In this document: positions 56,401 through 58,858 of the stretch, piece by piece
How the letters are laid out: every line of letters begins with the position of its first letter
Position numbering within the stretch: position 1 is the stretch's first letter
NCBI GenBank assembly: GCA_016212695.1
Contig: JACREX010000147.1
Span: forward strand, 1 to 58,858
Direction: 5' to 3'
Length of the DNA: 58,858 nt
Origin: Bacteroidia bacterium
GTDB lineage: Bacteria; Bacteroidota; Bacteroidia; Bacteroidales; GWF2-35-48
Program-made: the position numbers and the translations under genes
The notes under the pieces: generated by a model
What the model was told of the DNA's origin: nothing
Seen by the model: only the letters and a program-made list of their open reading frames with translations
Databases searched by the model: none

Positions 56401-58207
56401 CGGTTCCATTAGGCGCTGTAACGGTAATGTATGGCGCGGCGATCGTAAATGCCGTATTGCTGACATCATAAGTAGAGGGAGTATAATAATCGCTGACTTT
56501 GACAAGACATTGTGTTGACAATGTGTTTGGAACAGTCCATGCATACGTGCCGTCATTCTCTGTTACGGCAGCGACATCTGTCCACGTAGAACCATTGTTT
56601 GTGGAATATTCTATTTTAACATACGAAGAAGTGACATACTGTGTTGTCCATGTAATGTTGTAACTGTTGCCCACATACCAGGTAACTGCCGTATTCGGGC
56701 TTGTCACGGTTATTACAGGAGTTGGAGGCGAGATGGTGAAAACCGCATCGCTGATATCATATTTGCAGGTGTTGTTGTAGTCTTCCACTTTCACTAAATT
56801 CTGCGTTCCCGGATAGTTGGGTATAGTCCATGAATAGGTATAGTTTGACGTATAGCTTGTGAGCGATGTCCACCCTGTACCGTTATTGGTTGAATAATAA
56901 ACATTGAAATACGTTGAAGTCGGCGCAGAAACCCATGTTACAATTTGCGATGTACCCACCTGCCAGCTTTCTCCCCCGTTTGGAACCGTAACTATCACGT
57001 CCGTATTGGGAGAAATGGTAAATACAGCATTACTTGAATCAACAGTAGCGGAGTTTCCGGTATCATATACTTTAATCAGGGCTTGTGTTGATGAAACATT
57101 CGGAACAGGGTTCCAGTTATAGCTGCTGCCCGATGCGGATGAGGTAATGGTTGTCCATGTAGAGCCGTTATTAACCGAATATTTTATGGTGAATGATGTG
57201 CCGGTTCCCCCGGAGTTCCATGTAATGGTCTGGGAATAACAACCGGTGAGCGTCTCGCTGCCGTTTGGCGCAGTAACCGTAACAAAAGGCGGAGCAATGA
57301 TAAAATTCACATTGCTAATATCATAGGTGGCCGGATTTCCCAGGTCGGTAACTTTTACCAAGCATTGTGTTGACGGTGTATTGGGTATGAGCCATGAATA
57401 CGAACCGGAATTGGTGGTATTGGTTACAACAGGCACCCAGCTTGTGCCATTATTGGTGGAGTAGTCAATTTTAATGGCATTGGAGGTAACCCACTGCGAT
57501 GTCCAGGTGATGTTGTAAGTTTTCCCCACATACCAGGTGACATTTGTATTGGGCGAGGTAACTGTGATTACCGGCGTTGCGGGAGTAATGGTGAACAGGT
57601 TGTCGCTGATATCGTACATGCAGGACGTATTGGTATGATCCTGAATTTTTATGAGGCACGATGTGGAAGGATTGTTAGGCACGCTCCAACTGTAGGTGCC
57701 GTTTGTGATATTTTGGTTGTTGACAATATCCGTATAGGAAGCGCCTCCGTTGAGCGAATATTTTATATCGTAATAATTGGTGGTGCCGGAAGCCACAAAT
57801 GTGACCGCCTGTGTGCTTCCGCCCTGCCAGGTTTCACCTCCGTTAGGGGTAATAAGCAACAGGGGCGCAGTGATAGAGAATGTGGCATCGCTCACGTCGA
57901 AGGTTGCCGGGGTATTTGAATCAGTTACCCTCACTAAGCAGGATGTTGACGACACATTGGGAACTGTCCACGTATATTGGTAATTCGTGATATAAAGCCC
58001 GCTGGTGACCGATATCCACGACGAGCCGTTGTTTACGGAATAGTCAATGGAATAATTGTTCGATACCCCCGATGCGTTCCACGTAATTATTTTCTGCGTG
58101 CATCCCGGCCACACTTCGCCGCCATTGGGCGCTGTGATGGTGATGGTTCCTGCAAATAATGCCAATGACACAAACATTAATCCGAGTAAAAGATAAAATT
58201 TCTTCAT
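50435..58207 (-). CDS. Giant T9SS type A cargo: 21 Ig-like repeats, dockerin-like module, cohesin-like domain, CTD
   Basis: Signal peptide; 21 'V..PNGGE/PNT...YSTNNG..W...Y.W..P..CLVKV' domains; NGITTLDI / AADVNASSSVSSLDL; cohesin-like ITVPVKVENF..YQFTITWDP; QNYPNPFS CTD. Confidence 0.87.
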   Translation of the reverse strand: MKKFYLLLGLMFVSLALFAGTITITAPNGGEVWPGCTQKIITWNASGVSNNYSIDYSVNNGSSWISVTSGLYITNYQYTWTVPNVSSTSCLVRVTDSNTPATFDVSDATFSITAPLLLITPNGGETWQGGSTQAVTFVASGTTNYYDIKYSLNGGASYTDIVNNQNITNGTYSWSVPNNPSTSCLIKIQDHTNTSCMYDISDNLFTITPATPVITVTSPNTNVTWYVGKTYNITWTSQWVTSNAIKIDYSTNNGTSWVPVVTNTTNSGSYSWLIPNTPSTQCLVKVTDLGNPATYDISNVNFIIAPPFVTVTAPNGSETLTGCYSQTITWNSGGTGTSFTIKYSVNNGSTWTTITSSASGSSYNWNPVPNVSSTQALIKVYDTGNSATVDSSNAVFTISPNTDVIVTVPNGGESWQVGTSQIVTWVSAPTSTYFNVYYSTNNGTGWTSLTSYTSNYTYSWTIPNYPGTQNLVKVEDYNNTCKYDISDAVFTISPPTPVITVTSPNTAVTWYVGNSYNITWTTQYVTSSYVKIEYSTNNGSTWTDVAAVTENDGTYAWTVPNTLSTQCLVKVSDYYTPSTYDVSNTAFTIAAPYITVTAPNGTESWNGCSTQSITWNYAGVTNSFTVKYSTNNGAAWTTLSASATSGSYSWNPVPSISSATALVKVISNGTPAVLDSSNAVFTITPNTDVIVTIPNGGENWQVGTSQTVTWVSAPTSTYFNVYYSTNNGTGWTSLISYTSNHTYSWSIPNYPGTQNLVKVEDYNNTCKFDVSNAVFTITPPTPVITVTSPNTAVTWYVGNSYNITWSTQYVTATYVKIEYSTNNGSTWTDVAAVTENDGAYSWNVPNTPSANCLVKVSDYTNPTTYDVSNVNFTIAVPYITVTSPNGGENWKGCSSKSITWSYAGTSNSFNVKLSSNNGSSWTTLTSSASSGSYTWNPVLSINSANCLVKVTDNGNAAYKDSSNAVFTLVKNTDIIVTAPNGGENWQVATSQNITWVTEPTSTYYNVYYSTNNGTGWTSLYSYTSSHTYAWTIPNYPGTQNLVKVEDYYNSCIYDLSDANFTIAPPMPYITVNSPNTAVTWYVGNAYNITWSSGYLTSSFVAIDYSTNNGTSWTQVINVTENDGAYSWTVPNAPSATCLVRVSEYNNPATFDVSNVNFTIAVPYITVTSPNGGESWKGCSSKSITWNYAGTSNSFNLKLSTNNGSSWSTITSSASSGSYTWNPVPSINSANCLVKVTDNGNAAYKDSSNAVFTLVKNTDIIVTAPNGGENWQVATSQNITWVTEPTSTYYNVYYSTNNGTGWTSLYSYTSSHTYAWTIPNYPGTQNLVKVEDYYNSCIYDISDANFTIAPPTPYITVNSPNTAVTWYVGTAYNITWSSGYLTSSFVAIDYSTNNGTSWTQIINVTENDGTYSWTVPNAPSVNCLVRVSEYNNPTTYDVSNANFTIAIPSLVVTAPNGGENLEACNTQSVTWNSWGLSGSYKIYYSTNNGAAWNLITSSASGSSYNWTIPTVSPLSGNCRIKVQNVNYPSAFDSSDATFTMKPNDDVIVTSPNGGESWQVATSQTISWVSDPGSTYFAVYYSSNNGSTWTSINSYTSAHSVSWTIPNSPGSNYLIKVEDYNNTCKYDVSNASFTVTPAQPQLLTPNGGNTLYYASSYSITWTNQYFNGTYVSLYLSADSGLTWSPIASVTENDGTYSWTIPAIYSNKCLVKVTEYNNPSVYDVSNAVFSINPALVISSPNGDNGSEEWRVCTQTSIHWTAGGCSGTYKIEYSTNNGSTWSTITSSYSAGGTGSITYDWAMPNTPSTLCLVRVTDAGNSAKTDVSDATFTLKPAITVATPNGGESLTVGGSYSITWTSLGASNSYNIDYSTNNGSAWTNIVFNQTITNNTYSWTVPSASSSNCLIKITDNLNTCKTDQSNATFAIGLPAATITVTAPNGGETLTGCNTMNITWNSVSTSNNYTIDYTKDNGATWTTIVSNYNTLSGTYAWTVPNVSSTQCKVKIKDFSSPTVMDESNTNFTISQSVAATVTPGGPTTFCAGNSVILTSSSSTGNVWSPGGQTTQAITVSSTGSYYVVVTSGSCSATSNTVNVTVNPLPGAPVASSNSPVMLNGTIQLNASTVAGASYSWTGPNSFTSALQNPSIPNAQQTMSGTYSVVASVNGCNSTAGTVSVTVSSTPAVVNVSGIVRTETGVAVPGVTLTCAGGTTQTYSTTTNGQYLFSVNDGQSYTITPDKNNDVNTSNGITTLDIILTQRHILGTQALNSAYKIIAADVNASSSVSSLDLVLMRSVVLQTSTTFPNGALWKFVNSDFSFTDVMNPFPFENSRSYSDISVLTDQNFVAAKLGDVNNSWNASISKSGETGSVTFTMESVTAPEGNLITVPVKVENFNAVSGYQFTITWDPSLLSYVGTNNSALTNFFGTNRTGEGILTALWSTENLNGVTLPDGSVAFELLFNVMGNAGTQAQISINSSSTLAEAYDNNLNTLDIISGNSSITIENATALLQHENCGYALLQNYPNPFSDYTNISFVLPKDEKVTITILNYLGETVKQFTDNYAKGMNQVTWDCNTGSGSYIVKMQADKFTGMKKMVVIR

Positions 58208-58718
58208 AGCGTTTAGGTTTAAAATATTACTAAATCTTTTTGGGTTACTTTAAATAAAATGAAATGTAAAACTACAAAAAAAAAGATAAAGAAAAAAATA
58301 GCTGAATATTATTTTGAGGCACCGGCTCGCTCGTTGCAAACGAGTGACCAATATCATCAGGTTAAAAATGATATGATGGATATGAGATTATCCCGAATGG
58401 ATAAAATATCAATAACCCCGATACATCGGGGTGGTAATAATGAAGACATCCGTTCAACCCATCAAGGGTTGAATTTTCGGTTTATTAATTTACCGCCGGT
58501 TATTCAATCATATTCAAGCCTTACAGGCTTTATTTAATGACATTGAACGAGAGACAGCCTATGCCGCGGTAAAAATGCAGAAACCCGAACATTTTAAAAC
58601 TCAGCGTTTGGCCGGATTCCGTTTCTGAAACTGATTATGTTTTAATATATATTTCTATACCTGTTTCCCATCGGCGCCTTCGGGAGCCTCAGTCGCCTTA
58701 TACTCCCACATACCTTTA

Positions 58719-58858
58719 GGGCTTGTAAAATATTAAAGTTTACAATTGCTTTAATTATGAATATCGAATGTCGAACCGCAGAATGCCGAACTTTTACGCA
58801 CTTCAGAATTCGTTATTCGACGTTCGTTATTCGATATTATTAACTTTAAAATGACAAT
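58719..58858. mobile_element. MITE-like element with inverted heptamer arrays, copy 2 (cut by the window edge)
   Basis: GGGCTTGTAAAATATTAAAGTTTAC...TTAATTATGAATATCGAA...TTATTCGATATT...TTTAAAATGACAAT; homologous to 28090-28223. Confidence 0.7.

Noticed and set aside
2156-58159. Numerous 60-150-aa ORFs antisense to or nested in long genes
   Set aside because: They are shadow ORFs of well-supported CDSs, especially the repetitive ones, with no independent evidence.
58259-58716. 92-aa ORF and possible riboswitch or hairpins upstream of the giant gene
   Set aside because: The ORF has no recognisable motifs and overlaps the likely promoter region; the hairpins do not match any riboswitch I can recognise (an Rfam search would settle it).

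Overview
A 58.9-kb chromosomal segment of a Bacteroidota bacterium, judged from T9SS cargo and PorP, TAnnTTTG promoter boxes and the rseP-dxr-M23 and recX-prmC-ribD gene order. Housekeeping genes (rseP, dxr, recO, lon, rnhB, mntP, recX, prmC, ribD, a lipid A acyltransferase, a GT9 and a hybrid kinase) are interleaved with four accessory features. (1) Three tandem signal-peptide-bearing fibre genes with S74 chaperone domains. (2) A ygeY-ygeW pair next to an AT-rich, integrase-less array of attC-like sites carrying an aldehyde dehydrogenase, an AbiEii-type TA pair and a remnant cut by an IS200 element. (3) A T9SS cluster ending in two co-oriented giant genes: a 2590-aa protein with 21 Ig-like repeats, a dockerin-like module and a cohesin, followed by a 1917-aa protein with three tandem cohesins, suggesting an enzyme-free cohesin-dockerin surface assembly. 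(4) Many small non-coding elements in the larger intergenic gaps (MITE-like shells with different inverted simple-repeat cargo, and nested REP-like palindromes), several of which are also stacked in frame in the N-terminus of an ORF running off the left edge that the ORF track missed. No rRNA, tRNA, CRISPR array, integrase or reverse transcriptase was seen. All domain calls are by motif recognition, not database search.
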